Notes: a model not told the origin generated them from the sequence alone. DNA of 62,818 nucleotides, filler included, from Asterionella formosa (GCA_002256025.1; 16 parts of 16 records of this genome joined end to end with filler, not necessarily neighbours in it), one strand, 5' to 3'. Positions 38,055-50,363 are shown, numbered from the whole stretch's first letter. Numbers and translations: made by a program.

Positions 38055-41000
38055 TTAAAATGGGAAAAGATCTGGGCCCATGGCAGGAATATCTTCTACT
38101 CTACCAGAGTGAAATTGAACTTTCACCATCATTTCCCCATCTTGATCTGGTGGTGGATTCAAAACTTTGCCTTCACCAAGTTGCTTGTGACGAACAGAGC
38201 TACCAACGGGATAAAACCACGTTGAGTCCATATTTGCTCGACGTTCCCGAGGACCTTGGGACTTTTTCGTGGGATCAATATGAGTTGCACTCGGAACAGC
38301 ATTGCTACTTGATGGCATGGGAGCAATTTTTGTAGGTAAATATGCTTTGATAACTACCTTGCCCTTTTTCAATTCCGCACTGGGAACCAAATTTGATGAC
38401 CTTTGTGACCGCGCTACTGCTTCCTTGGATGATGTATTCGGTGATGCTGATTGGAGAGAGGAAATGCCGCGAGTTCCAGTTACCTTGGATTTCGGTGATT
38501 GAGTTTGAAAGGATGAAGATCGTAGAGGAGTCGACTGATGGGAAGGTTTTAGGGGAGATAAGCCATTGGTACTGAAATTTCTGGAGTGAGTTCCCTCATG
38601 TTTTGCAGTCCGGGATGATGAGTAAATTTTCTCACCAACCAACACATTCAGGAAGCGACTTCTATCCTTTTGTATTGTCCGAAGATCTGAGCCAACAAAT
38701 ATAGAAACTTCTCGCCTCCACGTCATCACCAGATTGTTCTTTGCTCGAGTCATTGCGACATAACAAAGTCGTCGTTCTTCGTCTAGCTCCACGGATCCCT
38801 CACCTTCCAAAATCGCGCGTTGCGATGGTAGTGTTCCATCTTCATTTCCAATAATAAAAACAGCATCAAACTCCATACCTTTAGATGCATGTATTGTCAT
38901 CAAGTTCGCTTTCAGCCGCTTCTCTTCTCCGTCGCCATCGCTATCGTCACCAAGATCCGCCACTAGTGCAACATCGTCCAAGAAATTCCCAAGTGGAGAC
39001 TCTACATCATCAGTGGGTGCGCTGCCCGAGACTGACTTTAATGCTGGCCCACCACTTGCGTACTTAACCGCTGCCTGTCGGAGCTCCTGGACATTTCCCC
39101 ATCTATCCCCGAATTCTGCGGTTGTTTTCGAAATGGAATTGAAATGTGCTTCGAGATCCATGACTTCAATAGTAGAAAAGATGAGATCAGAAACCGATTG
39201 TGAATAGGCATTGTTCTTGATAGTTCGCATTTGCTTTGAAAACAAAATGAACTTATTCAAAAATCGATTCGACAAAGCAATGGGCGGTATATCTGCTACT
39301 ATTCCACTGAGTTCACCAACACCAAATCCATCAGTAATTGAAAACAACACATCCAGTGGGGTTGGCGTGGGAAGCTCCGGGTGTTTGGAAATGTAATGCT
39401 CCTCAATAGTAGAACAGTACTTGATGAATTCATCCAATGTCTTTTCACCAATACCTTTCGATGGTGTCTTAAATGCTCTCGTCATCGCTGCTTGATCCTG
39501 GCCATTGTAGATCCAACGCAGAAAGCAAAGACAATCCTTGATTTCCTGTCGAGAGTAGAAAGTACCGGCAGATCCTCGAACCACGTAAGGAAGGCTGTTT
39601 TTAACACAAGCTTCTTCGATAGCACGAGATTGCAAGTTCGTTCGATAAATAATAGCGATACTATGGTCAGGTGTGTACTCTCCAGAAGCAATCATTTCTT
39701 GAATCGTATGTACCACGAAGTTGGCCTCTGTCTTGCCATCGGCACATGCCAAAACACGAGGACTCGCACCTGTTCCGCGCATGGGCTTCATATCCTGCCG
39801 CATGCCCTTATTCTTGGAAGGCATCGTGCCTTTGCTGCTTTCAAAGGAAATGATCTTTTGCGCGGCATTAACAATGTTTGTCGTTGACCGGTAGTTTTCC
39901 ATTAGATAGACAGTCTTAACGCCACTCGCATGGTATTTCTTAAACTCTTTCTCAAAGTCAGACATACTCTCCACAGCTGCTCCTCGCCAACTATAAATGG
40001 ATTGATCCGCATCTCCCACCACAAGGAGAGAATCCCTTGTCAGGAGACGAACAAGGTCTAGTTGCACTTTTGATGTATCTTGAAACTCGTCTACCAGTAC
40101 GTGATGCCATCGTTGCTGAAGCGCAGAACGAATGTCGACATGAACATCTAGGAGCTCCTTGGTAAAGTAAATCAAGTCATCAAAGTCCATTGCATTCGAC
40201 GAAAACAACTTCCTGCGATACATTGGATATATTTCCTGTGCGATCCTGTTCCCTCGATTAGCAAGATCTTTGTCATCAAATCTTTCGTTGATGGCGTGCA
40301 GTTCCTTTATCTTTCCCACTGCTGTCAATATAGTCATGACCTTCATGTCCTTTTCATCTTTGAGGTTAATTTTGAGCTCGTCTAAACAACTCTTGACAAT
40401 TCTTAGCTGTTCGCTCTGATCTACAATGGCAAAAGATCCATCAAGGTGAATGGGCCCGATCATTTCTCCTCTAATGGTTGGAAGACTTTCGAGCTTTTTG
40501 CCATTCCATCTCAAAATTTTGGCACAAACGGAATGAAAGGTTCCCAATGTGACACGATCTAAGTGTCTCACCTGTTGTTCCCCCACATGTTCTTCCAATA
40601 GTAGTTTATTCCATTGATCGTCTTCCGAAAGTTCACCTACCATTCCATTCTTCGACATGGCAGCTCCTGCATCCTCTAGAATTTTTTGCAGTCGATGTTG
40701 CATTTCACCAGCTGCCTTTTTGGTAAAAGTAACAGCCAATACCTTATTGTTTGGATCTTCGTAGAGTAAGTGTGCTATACGGCAAGTCAAGACGCGAGTC
40801 TTTCCAGCTCCTGGACCAGCCACAACACGAGTGATGCTCGATAAAGGCTGGGTAACGGCATCCACTTGGGCATCGTTGAGGCCGTGTAAAATTGAGGCCG
40901 AATGGGTCGAGTAGCGAGCCGACGACGAGCCAAGGGTGGAGCTGTAGCGAGTGAGGAAGAATGGACATTGCCGATGCGACTGGAATCTCGTGAATGTCAA

Positions 41001-41135
41001 ACTCCCAGGACATTGTCCTGCCGACAGAAGCGTTTGACGAAATCCATGAGTGCACCTTGCAGTGCGACTCAGTATACAAAAAAGAAACATAATAGCAAAA
41101 GAATTGAATTTCAACACGATGCCTGATGAGGACAT
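38055..41135 (-). CDS. UvrD/PcrA/Rep-type SF1 DNA helicase with organellar presequence and C-terminal Tudor-like domain
   Basis: LNDAQ, AGPGAGKT, VTFTKKAA, TFHS, VDEFQD, VGDADQSIYSWRGA, ENYRST, YRTN, MTIHASKGMEF, EERRLCYVAMTRAK. C-terminal YPVGSSVRHKQLGEGKV. N-terminal signal ends THG-F. Confidence 0.93.
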   Translation of the reverse strand: MSSSGIVLKFNSFAIMFLFCILSRTARCTHGFRQTLLSAGQCPGSLTFTRFQSHRQCPFFLTRYSSTLGSSSARYSTHSASILHGLNDAQVDAVTQPLSSITRVVAGPGAGKTRVLTCRIAHLLYEDPNNKVLAVTFTKKAAGEMQHRLQKILEDAGAAMSKNGMVGELSEDDQWNKLLLEEHVGEQQVRHLDRVTLGTFHSVCAKILRWNGKKLESLPTIRGEMIGPIHLDGSFAIVDQSEQLRIVKSCLDELKINLKDEKDMKVMTILTAVGKIKELHAINERFDDKDLANRGNRIAQEIYPMYRRKLFSSNAMDFDDLIYFTKELLDVHVDIRSALQQRWHHVLVDEFQDTSKVQLDLVRLLTRDSLLVVGDADQSIYSWRGAAVESMSDFEKEFKKYHASGVKTVYLMENYRSTTNIVNAAQKIISFESSKGTMPSKNKGMRQDMKPMRGTGASPRVLACADGKTEANFVVHTIQEMIASGEYTPDHSIAIIYRTNLQSRAIEEACVKNSLPYVVRGSAGTFYSRQEIKDCLCFLRWIYNGQDQAAMTRAFKTPSKGIGEKTLDEFIKYCSTIEEHYISKHPELPTPTPLDVLFSITDGFGVGELSGIVADIPPIALSNRFLNKFILFSKQMRTIKNNAYSQSVSDLIFSTIEVMDLEAHFNSISKTTAEFGDRWGNVQELRQAAVKYASGGPALKSVSGSAPTDDVESPLGNFLDDVALVADLGDDSDGDGEEKRLKANLMTIHASKGMEFDAVFIIGNEDGTLPSQRAILEGEGSVELDEERRLCYVAMTRAKNNLVMTWRREVSIFVGSDLRTIQKDRSRFLNVLVGEKIYSSSRTAKHEGTHSRNFSTNGLSPLKPSHQSTPLRSSSFQTQSPKSKVTGTRGISSLQSASPNTSSKEAVARSQRSSNLVPSAELKKGKVVIKAYLPTKIAPMPSSSNAVPSATHIDPTKKSQGPRERRANMDSTWFYPVGSSVRHKQLGEGKVLNPPPDQDGEMMVKVQFHSGRVEDIPAMGPDLFPF

Positions 41136-43122
41136 TATGTTTGGTTTCCTCGAAGTTATTTGTCCTCAAAAAATTGCAATCACCAACCTCCGGCCTATTT
41201 TCGATTTCGTCGGAGGAGGTCCTAAAACTCACCAGGTGTGTAGGCACGGAAACGCCTGTTTGCAGTTACATGTATATCATATAATACCTGGCTGATGTTT
41301 TCCCTCCGGTATATGATCTCTATAATACCGGTAGTTGCTTCCAAACTGTCAAGGTATGCCCTTTCATGAAGTGAAAGCGCAGATAATTATCCGGCTAACA
41401 GCCCCTCCTATTTAAAAATTATTCCGAAAAGAGGTGCTTACTACCGGTATAATCTCGATATTGTACATGAGACTTCTCTTTTTGGCGCAGCGTTTTTCGT
41501 AGAATAATGACCCCTCCTGAAAAATGGCTCCATACCCCCAGTTTCCCCTGACCCTTTGACAACCAATACCAGTAGGCACAAGAAGAAGGATTTGACATCA
41601 GAGCAATGTCAATACATCATCAATTGCTCCCTTTGCAACATCAAAAGAAATGCTGATGGCAATGATGAATGGATACCCGCCTCATCATAACAAAATCCAG
41701 GTGTTCACCTTGGCTTGCAAACAAATAACCAAAAACTTTCATATCTGGAAGCATGTGATTGTTTCATTCAACAATGGTGGAAGTCAATTTCATGGAACCC
41801 ATTGATGCACATGACCAAAGGCAGACATTGTGGATGTCACAAGAAGTATGGTCAATCTTGTTGCTGGCTCTGAGGCCCAAGACTTGCCCATAGCTTGCTA
41901 TTTTGGTGATGCCAAATTTTTGTTTAAAGTGGCATTTCATTTGTTTTTGTTGCATTTTTAGTCAACAAATCTTGAATATCACATACCAGTGCGTCCAGAT
42001 AGAGGAAAACCATTATGCTGGCTAGCGAAATTCAAGTAAATTTAATAGCCCTAAATAATGCACATGCAAAGCTAGAAAGTGATATAGTCGCCTAAATATA
42101 GTAATCTTGCTGAAGCTCCTGTTGCCTGCATCACCTTGGATAGACTTGCTTATTATGAGCTTTAACGCAGGGCTTGCAAAAATGAGATGCTCAGCACTGT
42201 TTATAATTGCTGATCATGATGTAGATATACCAGAATAGAGGGAATTATAATAATAGCTATCTGTCCAGACATTTGGCTTCCACTTGACTTTTCAATCACT
42301 TGTCAAAACCTTTTTTGATGGTCCATGGCTGCTGCCCACCGAAATGTATTGTAGGAATCTGGAATCATTTTTCGTACCGGTACCCCGGGTACCGGTAGGA
42401 CAATCCAATGATACTGCCAATATGCATTGTAATGTTTCAAAGGCAGCAGCCAGTGAGGTGGTAAATAAAGTAAATTGTACCAGGGCAGATACCGGTACCT
42501 TTACCAGGGTACCAGGCATAGGTCGGTGATTTTATACTGCAGTTAACTGCGAGCCATTTTTTGGCTTCCAGCAGTATACCAGTTATACTTCTACTAACGT
42601 GAGGCAGTATGGTATTGGGGAGTCCCACCAGTTATTATTACAGTTACTTTATTCCAATCCAACAGTATACTGGTATACTGATACTGGTAAATATTACGTA
42701 CAGTATACTGATCAAGAACAATGCGAGCAATGCGCCCGTACGCGAAAATTGGGCCCTCCTAGGTTTACTTGATGATTATAAATTATCAAGATAGGGCTAT
42801 GCTTAGCATGGTTAATCATACAAGAAATAATGTAATCAGGTAATAGAAATGTTGTCCTTTCGAAGATATTGATACTATCTTATATCATAATACCTTCTGG
42901 TGACCTGAAATTGGTGGTTGTCATATAGGTAACAAGAAAAAAATTGCTATTGATGCTATCATAATATATTCAAAAGTAGTTCCCCCAGTGAGTTAATCTG
43001 TAAATTATCTTGAAAAAGTCTCNNNNNNNNNNNNNNNNNNNNNNNNNNNNNNNNNNNNNNNNNNNNTTAATTAATTAANNNNNNNNNNNNNNNNNNNNNN
43101 NNNNNNNNNNNNNNNNNNNNNN

Positions 43123-44437
43123 TTGACTGCAGATGGGACAATGATGGAGTGGGTGTATAAGGTGATGGAGATCAGAAGGAAGGCCAGTGCTGCATTGTTG
43201 AAGATGGCGAAGTTGATGCATGCCAGGATGACCAAGTCGTTGATGCCACAACTCTGAGCTGAGAATAGGAGATAAGCGGTGTGTGGTGGGCTGAAAGGAA
43301 ATCTGATTGAAATAAAAGAGATTATTTGATCTAGTCAAGGGTGCAATAACTGAGAAGCATCCAGAAGGGCTGTAAAAGCGAATGTATGCCTGATCAAGGT
43401 CCTGGCAGCAAATATCAAAGCCAGAGTAATTGTTGGATGTTTGAGTGCAGATGTGTTGTGGGGACAGAAGAGTCTCAGACAACTGAGGGCAGTAGTACAT
43501 GATGACAGGGGTGGTAGAACCATCAGAGAATTGGAGTGGATAATAACCATAACCTGGACAGAGCATACCCTGGACAGATGCATCAGCACCTAGAAGGTCA
43601 AAGGGAACAGAAAGGGGAGTATAGTTCTGGAGTAGTGATAAAGTGGATGTAGCACAGACATTTGCACCTAGGTCACATTGGTGAAGACCTGTGGAGTCAG
43701 AACAGAGGCGAGCAACATGAGCAATAGGGAGAATAGTGTTGGAATTGTTGGCAGAGGGGAGAAATGGAGGAACAAGGGAAAAACAATCAAAATAATCAGT
43801 AGGAAGAGGAGGTATGGTGAATGCATGGGTATACAGGCGATTTAAAGAGGGACAAGAAGGTGTCAGAGGAAGAGGAAGCGGCAACGACAGAGTCCTATTA
43901 GGAGGAGAGCTCTCTCTGACAGTCGTTCCGCAAACCCGTAGCCGTTCATCATTCCTGGAAGGGGAGAATGCCTGGCCCTAGAGAAAATTTGCTTCATAAA
44001 TATCATCTACATGGAGGTCAGGTAAGGAGTCTTCAGGATGGAGGTGTTGAAGATGACGGGCAATGGCCTGACGATGGTTCATGCTATGAAGAGTTCTCCA
44101 AGCAGTGGCAGCATTCTCAGCATGGGAGGGATTAGCAAGAATGTATGTCTGAAGAAGGGCAGCTTTGGCAAGGGAGGAACAGCGAGAAGCAGAATGGCCC
44201 CAAGTACCACAGGCAACACACTGGATGTCCTCACGTTGACGGAAAGGGTGGGAAGGGGTTGGGGTTGATGAGGGCCGCTGGTGAGAGGCATTGGTTTGCC
44301 GAGTGGAAGGATGAGGGGTGGTGATACGATGAGCAAGAGGTGTGAAAGTGCCAGTATGAGTGAGGGAGGGAGTATGAGGAGGATGCTGTGCCAGGACCAA
44401 TGCCAAATTTGGGATAAGGAGAGAAGGTGGGACAGGG
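43123..44437 (-). mobile_element. Ty1/copia LTR retrotransposon fragment: end of gag, protease, GAG-pre-integrase
   Basis: Zn knuckle CVACGTWGHSASRC, protease-like DLGAN, LLSPQ and LWHQRLGHPG. Confidence 0.88.
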
Positions 44438-44783
44438 NNNNNNNNNNNNNNNNNNNNNNNNNNNNNNNNNNNNNNNNNNNNTTAATTAATTAANNNNNNN
44501 NNNNNNNNNNNNNNNNNNNNNNNNNNNNNNNNNNNNNCATCACAGAATATAAATCAAGCAATCATAAAGTATGTTAATTAATATATATGTTTGTCGTTTA
44601 ATATATACAGTTAAAGTCAACAGTTAATATGATAGTATTATACAGTGGATAGGATCTAAGTATATGGATGCGTTGATATGTACATCACTATAATATGATT
44701 TGTGATATGGATTGATGCATATCACATACCGGTATCCTCAACAACCAGCCATCACATTCATTGTCGTGTCGTCTTTCCTTGTT

Positions 44784-45101
44784 TTAGCTATACCGGTATA
44801 TATGCTCAGATCCGTTCCATTGCAAATCTTCCTTCAATAGGTCAAACTCATCATCCTTGAGCATTTGCCTTCCAGTGGCATCGTAGGACTGAAGCGCATC
44901 CAGAAAGATACGCTCCTTTTCGGCTACTGTGAGACGAATGAGTTCCCCACCTTCCGGATCGACGACACAGTATTCCTCGTCAGGAATGCATTCTTCTTCC
45001 TGCAAGTTATTCTCAAAGAATCGTCCAGACTTGGCGTCGTAAGCGATTTCTCTCGTTCCGCACGTAATGGTGATCTTTTCGTCGCTTCCTTCTTCGGCCA
45101 T
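44784..45101 (-). pseudogene. PGRL1: Truncated PGRL1-like (PGR5-like 1) gene fragment inside repeat DNA
   Basis: EKERIFLDALQSY...MLKDDEFDLLKEDLQWNGS matches the PGRL1 N-terminal block. The ORF stops before the TM and Cys region. Confidence 0.75.
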
Positions 45102-45730
45102 TAAAAGTGGACCAGCAACACGACCAGCTGTTGTCGTTATCTTCCTTAAAGTTCGATGATCTTAAATTCATTTACCGGTACTGTCCCGCTGTAGTAGCAG
45201 CAGTCATAGACATGTGAGTTCCCCACTTTCCAGATCGACGACGCAGTATTCCTCGTCAGGACCACTTTCGTTTTTGCTTGATTCCTATGGGGAAAGATGG
45301 AAGTAAGATTTTTTTTACTCATAAATAGTTACTAACAAAATGGTTATTTGTTTTTAATCAAGTACAGCCATTTGCAAATAACCGGACGCTGGTGTCGTTT
45401 CTTTTGCTCCATCGACCGAGTCGGACAGAAGTGTCATGTTTATGTCAGTTCTTGTCACATCTCTTCGTTCCAACTCCTCTTATTCGAAACCGTTTGATAC
45501 GGCGGGATACAACCTTCCTCGCTGTTTCCCAAGTCCAATGGTACCACCAGAATGCAGCAAAGTTTTCTTCCCATTCATGATCCTTGGGACTTCGTCATGT
45601 TGTGGCGTTCTACCCCCTGCTCCATAACCACAGCCACCCTGTCGCGTTCCGTTGCAACGCACGATAATGGGTGATGTACCAAATTTTTCCGGTATAATAG
45701 AGGAGGGGGGGGGCAGCGCTTTGACTTTCA

Positions 45731-45852
45731 CAGCCTCTCTAAAGAGCTGCGACAGAAAATAATAGGGATAAACATAGTACCACCATAACCGTACATGGCA
45801 GCCTCTACAGAGCTGCGACAGAAAATAAAAGGGAAAAACATAGTACCACTAT
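45731..45852. repeat. Tandem repeat of about 68 bp at the contig end
   Basis: CAGCCTCT..AGAGCTGCGACAGAAAATAA...AAACATAGTACCAC starts at 45731 and again at 45799. Confidence 0.8.
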
Positions 45853-45952
45853 NNNNNNNNNNNNNNNNNNNNNNNNNNNNNNNNNNNNNNNNNNNNTTAA
45901 TTAATTAANNNNNNNNNNNNNNNNNNNNNNNNNNNNNNNNNNNNNNNNNNNN

Positions 45953-47267
45953 CAGCAGCGTTCCAGCGGGAATAAGTACAACTCTGTAAGTGGACATGCT
46001 TTTTGTATTGGCGGCTACACGAAAAAGATACTAGACTACAGAGTGAAATCTAAGGTCTGTAATGTGTGCGACAGGGCTATACGGTACAAGAAACCAATCA
46101 AGGAACATGTTTGTCCCAAGAATCATGTAACTGGTAGTTCAAAAGCAATGGAACCAGATGCTGGTGTAGAAATGATGATTGATGCAGTAATGAAAAACAA
46201 TGTTATCTACTCTACAATCATCTGTGATGATGATTCTATTATTCGAGCTGTTTCTAAGTGGTCCTATAATTATTGAAACTACAGTCATCCTTCCAATGGC
46301 CAAGAAAGGATTTAAAAAATCGGACAAAGGATGCCTTCTACTGACAGTACCCGAACCTACATTTCTGTCTGACCCATCCCACAGAGTACGGGTCCTTCTC
46401 CGCCCAGCTTTTATGAAATCCAATGGCCCAGTCTCCCTCAAGCGTCCCTCAAAAGCAGATTGTCTCCGGTTGAAAGTTTACTATGGCGCTTGGATTAAAA
46501 AAAACCGGAACCTCTCTCTGGCCGAATTTAGTATTTCATCCAAGGCACCAATCAACCATTTATTTGGCTGCCACGATTACTGCTCTGAGACAGCATGGTG
46601 CCCTGTAAAAGCAGGAAAAATGGTTAGTAACGGAAAATATCATGACAAGGAAAAGGAAAAAGATTTATACGAATGGTTAATGCTGCATGTTGCAACAAAA
46701 GTCGAAGGCGAAAAGCTACTATCGTTGCATCATCCCTTTGACACGCAGATTAATGAGGCAATGAACAATGCAGTGTCGCGACAATGTCCAAAAAACAAGG
46801 TGTTTGCGGGATCTGGAGGCCTTCAGTATCGAGTGGCTTCGGTTGCTGGGCAACACACACAAGGAGCAACACAATATACAAGGAATGTATACAAGCAATG
46901 TGGAATGCAGATGTCAGCACTGCAAGAATCCTTCTGGAGACAAAAAGAAAAGCGACAAAGTGACGACGGAGCCTATAAAGCACAATTCAAACGAAAGAGG
47001 AAACGAAGCGAAAAAATACATGCAGCACGATTCGAAACAGTCAAACAGGAAAGGCAAGATAACAAATCAGGTAAGACTTACGGTTCTGGTGTTGCGCTCA
47101 CCAGAAGGGAACATCAGGAAACAAGAAGGAAAGGAACAATTGTCTGCAATCATTGTGGCCGCAATGATCATCAAAGGAAAAGCAGCGCACTCTGTCCATT
47201 CAATGTACCGGCAGGCAAAGTGCCTGATCACACTGGTATGCGTATGATCAATGATGATCAGCTACCT
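45953..47267 (+). mobile_element. Frameshifted DNA transposase fragment (Mutator-like/Kolobok-type)
   Basis: C..C...H.CPKNH.GSSKAME, ICDDDS, DPSHRV, HLFGCHDYC...WC, TQINEAMN and a C-terminal CNHCGRNDHQRKSSALC. Frame changes near 46270-46310. Confidence 0.8.
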
Positions 47268-47367
47268 NNNNNNNNNNNNNNNNNNNNNNNNNNNNNNNNN
47301 NNNNNNNNNNNTTAATTAATTAANNNNNNNNNNNNNNNNNNNNNNNNNNNNNNNNNNNNNNNNNNNN

Positions 47368-48682
47368 ATTTTTTTGATAATGAAAACAACCATCAATTCT
47401 TTGATTACAATGACCATGATCAATTCTTTATCCTTTGTCATCTGGCTCTGGAGGCTGAAACGAAAGTTAAAAAGAGGAAGGCGAAATGGGAGCATGAGAG
47501 AATGTCATGGCATTCTCATGTCAAGAAGCTGTGTCATGAGGACGCTTTTGAAAAGACTTATAGAATGTCCCTTCGAGCCTTTAAGAAGTTGGTTTACTTT
47601 TTTACTTGCTGGAGAGTGATGTCATTGGAAATTTCTCCAAGTGCGGTACAGCTACTCCCATTTACCCAGAAATTGTGCTGGCCATTGGCATTCGATGGTT
47701 CCTATGGATGTAGCATAGGTTGATCAGAGGGTGTGTTGGTGCTATTGATGGTTTTTTAGCCACAATTAGTCGCCCCACGCTACGTGACTGTGGAAACAAT
47801 CCAGGAGCTTTTTATTCTGGACATTACATGACTTATGGTATCAATGTTCAGGCTATCTGTGATGTTGAGAGTAGATTTATATTTTTTGGGGTGATTGCTC
47901 CTGGACGATGCAGTGATCAAGTTGCATTTGAGAGAACTGCTCTACCCAACAAAACTGCATTATTTGATTCTGGTTTTTATCTTGTTGGTGATGCAGCATA
48001 TACATTGTCAGATGTCATGTTAGTTCCATTTGTTGGTTCTCAGCGTGATGACCAAACACAAGATACCTATAATTTCTTTCTTTCCCAGCTACGGATTAGG
48101 ATAGAGATGGCATTTGGTTTGTTACAGACAAAATGGGCTGTTCTAAAAAGAAACTTAACAACTGGCTTGGAAACAACTGCAAAAGTGCTTGAGGTATGTG
48201 CACGTTTGCACAATTATGTCATAGACGAAAATAAAGTTGATAAGGATATTTCTGGGTTACCTGGAAGTGATGAGGCAGATGACATCCAGGAGATTTTAGC
48301 TGAAATCACCCCAGTCTACAATTCTCCACTTGGTTGGGGATATTTGCCAACGGTTGAGAAATTGGATGTAATGCCTGGTACTTCTGTCATTCGAGATGTT
48401 ATTCTTGAAAGAATTGCTAACATGGGTTTGCAAAGACCTCCAGGTAATATTGAAAGAAAAAGGTTGGAATTACATGAATTAAATTTAATGTAGATTATAA
48501 TTGATTGTTGAAAAAAAATATTCATTTCAATGTGTCACCTTGAGACCAGAGATTGAAGACCTGATCACGCTTTCTTTTACACAATGCAATTTCTAAACGA
48601 GCTTGGACAATGTCAGAACTTGAAGAGTCATAATCTTTATTTTCGAGTTCTTCCAGTTCCTCCCGCGCAACTCTTAGTCGGA
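47368..48682 (+). mobile_element. PIF/Harbinger transposase fragment (DDE core 47720-48493, disrupted 5' part)
   Basis: GCVGAIDG, YGINVQAICD, LVGDAAY, YNFFLSQLRIRIEMAFGLL, CARLHNY. Upstream FEKTYRMS..AF..L lies in another frame. Confidence 0.92.
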
Positions 48683-48782
48683 NNNNNNNNNNNNNNNNNN
48701 NNNNNNNNNNNNNNNNNNNNNNNNNNTTAATTAATTAANNNNNNNNNNNNNNNNNNNNNNNNNNNNNNNNNNNNNNNNNNNN

Positions 48783-50097
48783 AATACGTCAGGGCTGCGG
48801 GCGTTTCCGTCCGGCTGCCGTCAGCAACTAGTCTCGCCTTACGCCGAAAGTTTTCGCCCATTTTGATGTCGAACACGAAATGACACCTTATCTTTTGGTA
48901 CCCTGGCGGAAGGTCTCCCTCTCGCTTTTCCCACTTTTCAAATGCCGGTCGCACGTTTTTCATTTCCTTGCAGATGGCGTCCCACCATAATGTGTTGCCA
49001 TTGGCTTTATCAATCGCTAACGCCTCTTCGACGGACTTCGGTATCCGTATACCGTATTTGTGAGTTCGCTGCCAATACTTAGACTTTACCTTTGCTAGGA
49101 CTCGGTCCCGTTTCTTTAGAAGAGTCGGCACCCACCACGCGAACGCTGCCTCGTCATCAATACGATTAGCAATTGAGTACTCCACCACCTGTATGGGGTA
49201 CGATTGCTTCATATCCTTAAGTGCGACCCAAGTGGTACTCCCGTCCCTCCATTGGCACAGGAGTTGCCACCCTTGAGTCGTCTGTCTCCGCCGCTTGACA
49301 CCGTTAGACATTGTGATGAACGCGTCCTCTTTGTCGAGTGCCGTCGCATTCCGCCTATGGTCGATAATGTCGTCGAGAAGTACGTGTCGTTCGCCCTCCT
49401 CGTCTATCTGTGAAAACAAATTCTGAGCAATAAGGTTAGAAGACAATGCCTCTGAGTGTCCGTCAAAGAACTCGACCTCATACTCTCTGGTGTCAAGCAA
49501 AGGATTTTCGTGAGCCTTGCCGATAGGTCTACCATCGGCGTCACGCAATCTCTTGGTGACTCTGCCAAACTGAACACCGTCGTTGTCATCTCCAGCGCCC
49601 CTCGCTATCGCTATCTCTTTGTTGAGGTATGTATCCTCGAAAATATCGGGCGTGAAAGTGTCATCGGCATCTGGTTTTTGGTGATCGCTCACAACATTGT
49701 TTATCTCTTCGCCAAATACTGAGTCGTCCTGCAGATCCGAGTATTCATCCCAATCCTGCAATTGTCGCTCCTCCTCGTCGCCTGCATTTTGGTGGTTGTC
49801 GTCACGCATTATTTCCTTTATCCTCTCGTTATACTCCTTGCATCTGTCGTTGACCTCGCTAGTTGTCAGTTCAAGGTGAGTGATACGCTGCACTGTAGTG
49901 CGTGAGATAACGCGACAAGCAATGGTTAGAATCCAATACGACATTAGGTTACCGACTCCGTGAGACACACCAAGCCAGCGCCCGAACATGTTTTCGCCAA
50001 CCCCTGCATTATCCTTGTACCACACCCAATCGTAGAACCCGAAATCCAAGTATTCGGATATGTCGGGTGTCTCGCCTGTGATTTGTTCTATAGGAGT
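48783..50097 (-). mobile_element. CoDi-type copia pol fragment: integrase C-terminus, chromodomain-like segment, start of RT
   Basis: GRWLGVSHGVG, NPLLDTREYEVEF, WQLLCQWRDGSTTW, HKYGIRIPKSVEEALAID..NGNTLWWDAICKEM, FDIK...RRKARLVA. Confidence 0.92.
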
Positions 50098-50363
50098 NNN
50101 NNNNNNNNNNNNNNNNNNNNNNNNNNNNNNNNNNNNNNNNNTTAATTAATTAANNNNNNNNNNNNNNNNNNNNNNNNNNNNNNNNNNNNNNNNNNNNTCC
50201 GACTCGGTCGATGGAGCAAAAGAAACGACACCAGCGTCCGGTTATTTGCAAATGGCTGTACTTGATTAAAAACAAATAACCATTTTGTTAGTAACTATTT
50301 ATGAGTAAATAAAAATTCTTACTTCCATCTTTCCCCATAGGAATCAAGCAAAAACGAAACTAG

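Noticed and set aside
41500..41960. Possible decayed Harbinger transposase on the minus strand (FDVAKGAIDD, KQKFG)
   Set aside because: Only short motif-like words interrupted by stops, in an unconvincing order. Cannot be supported without a profile search.
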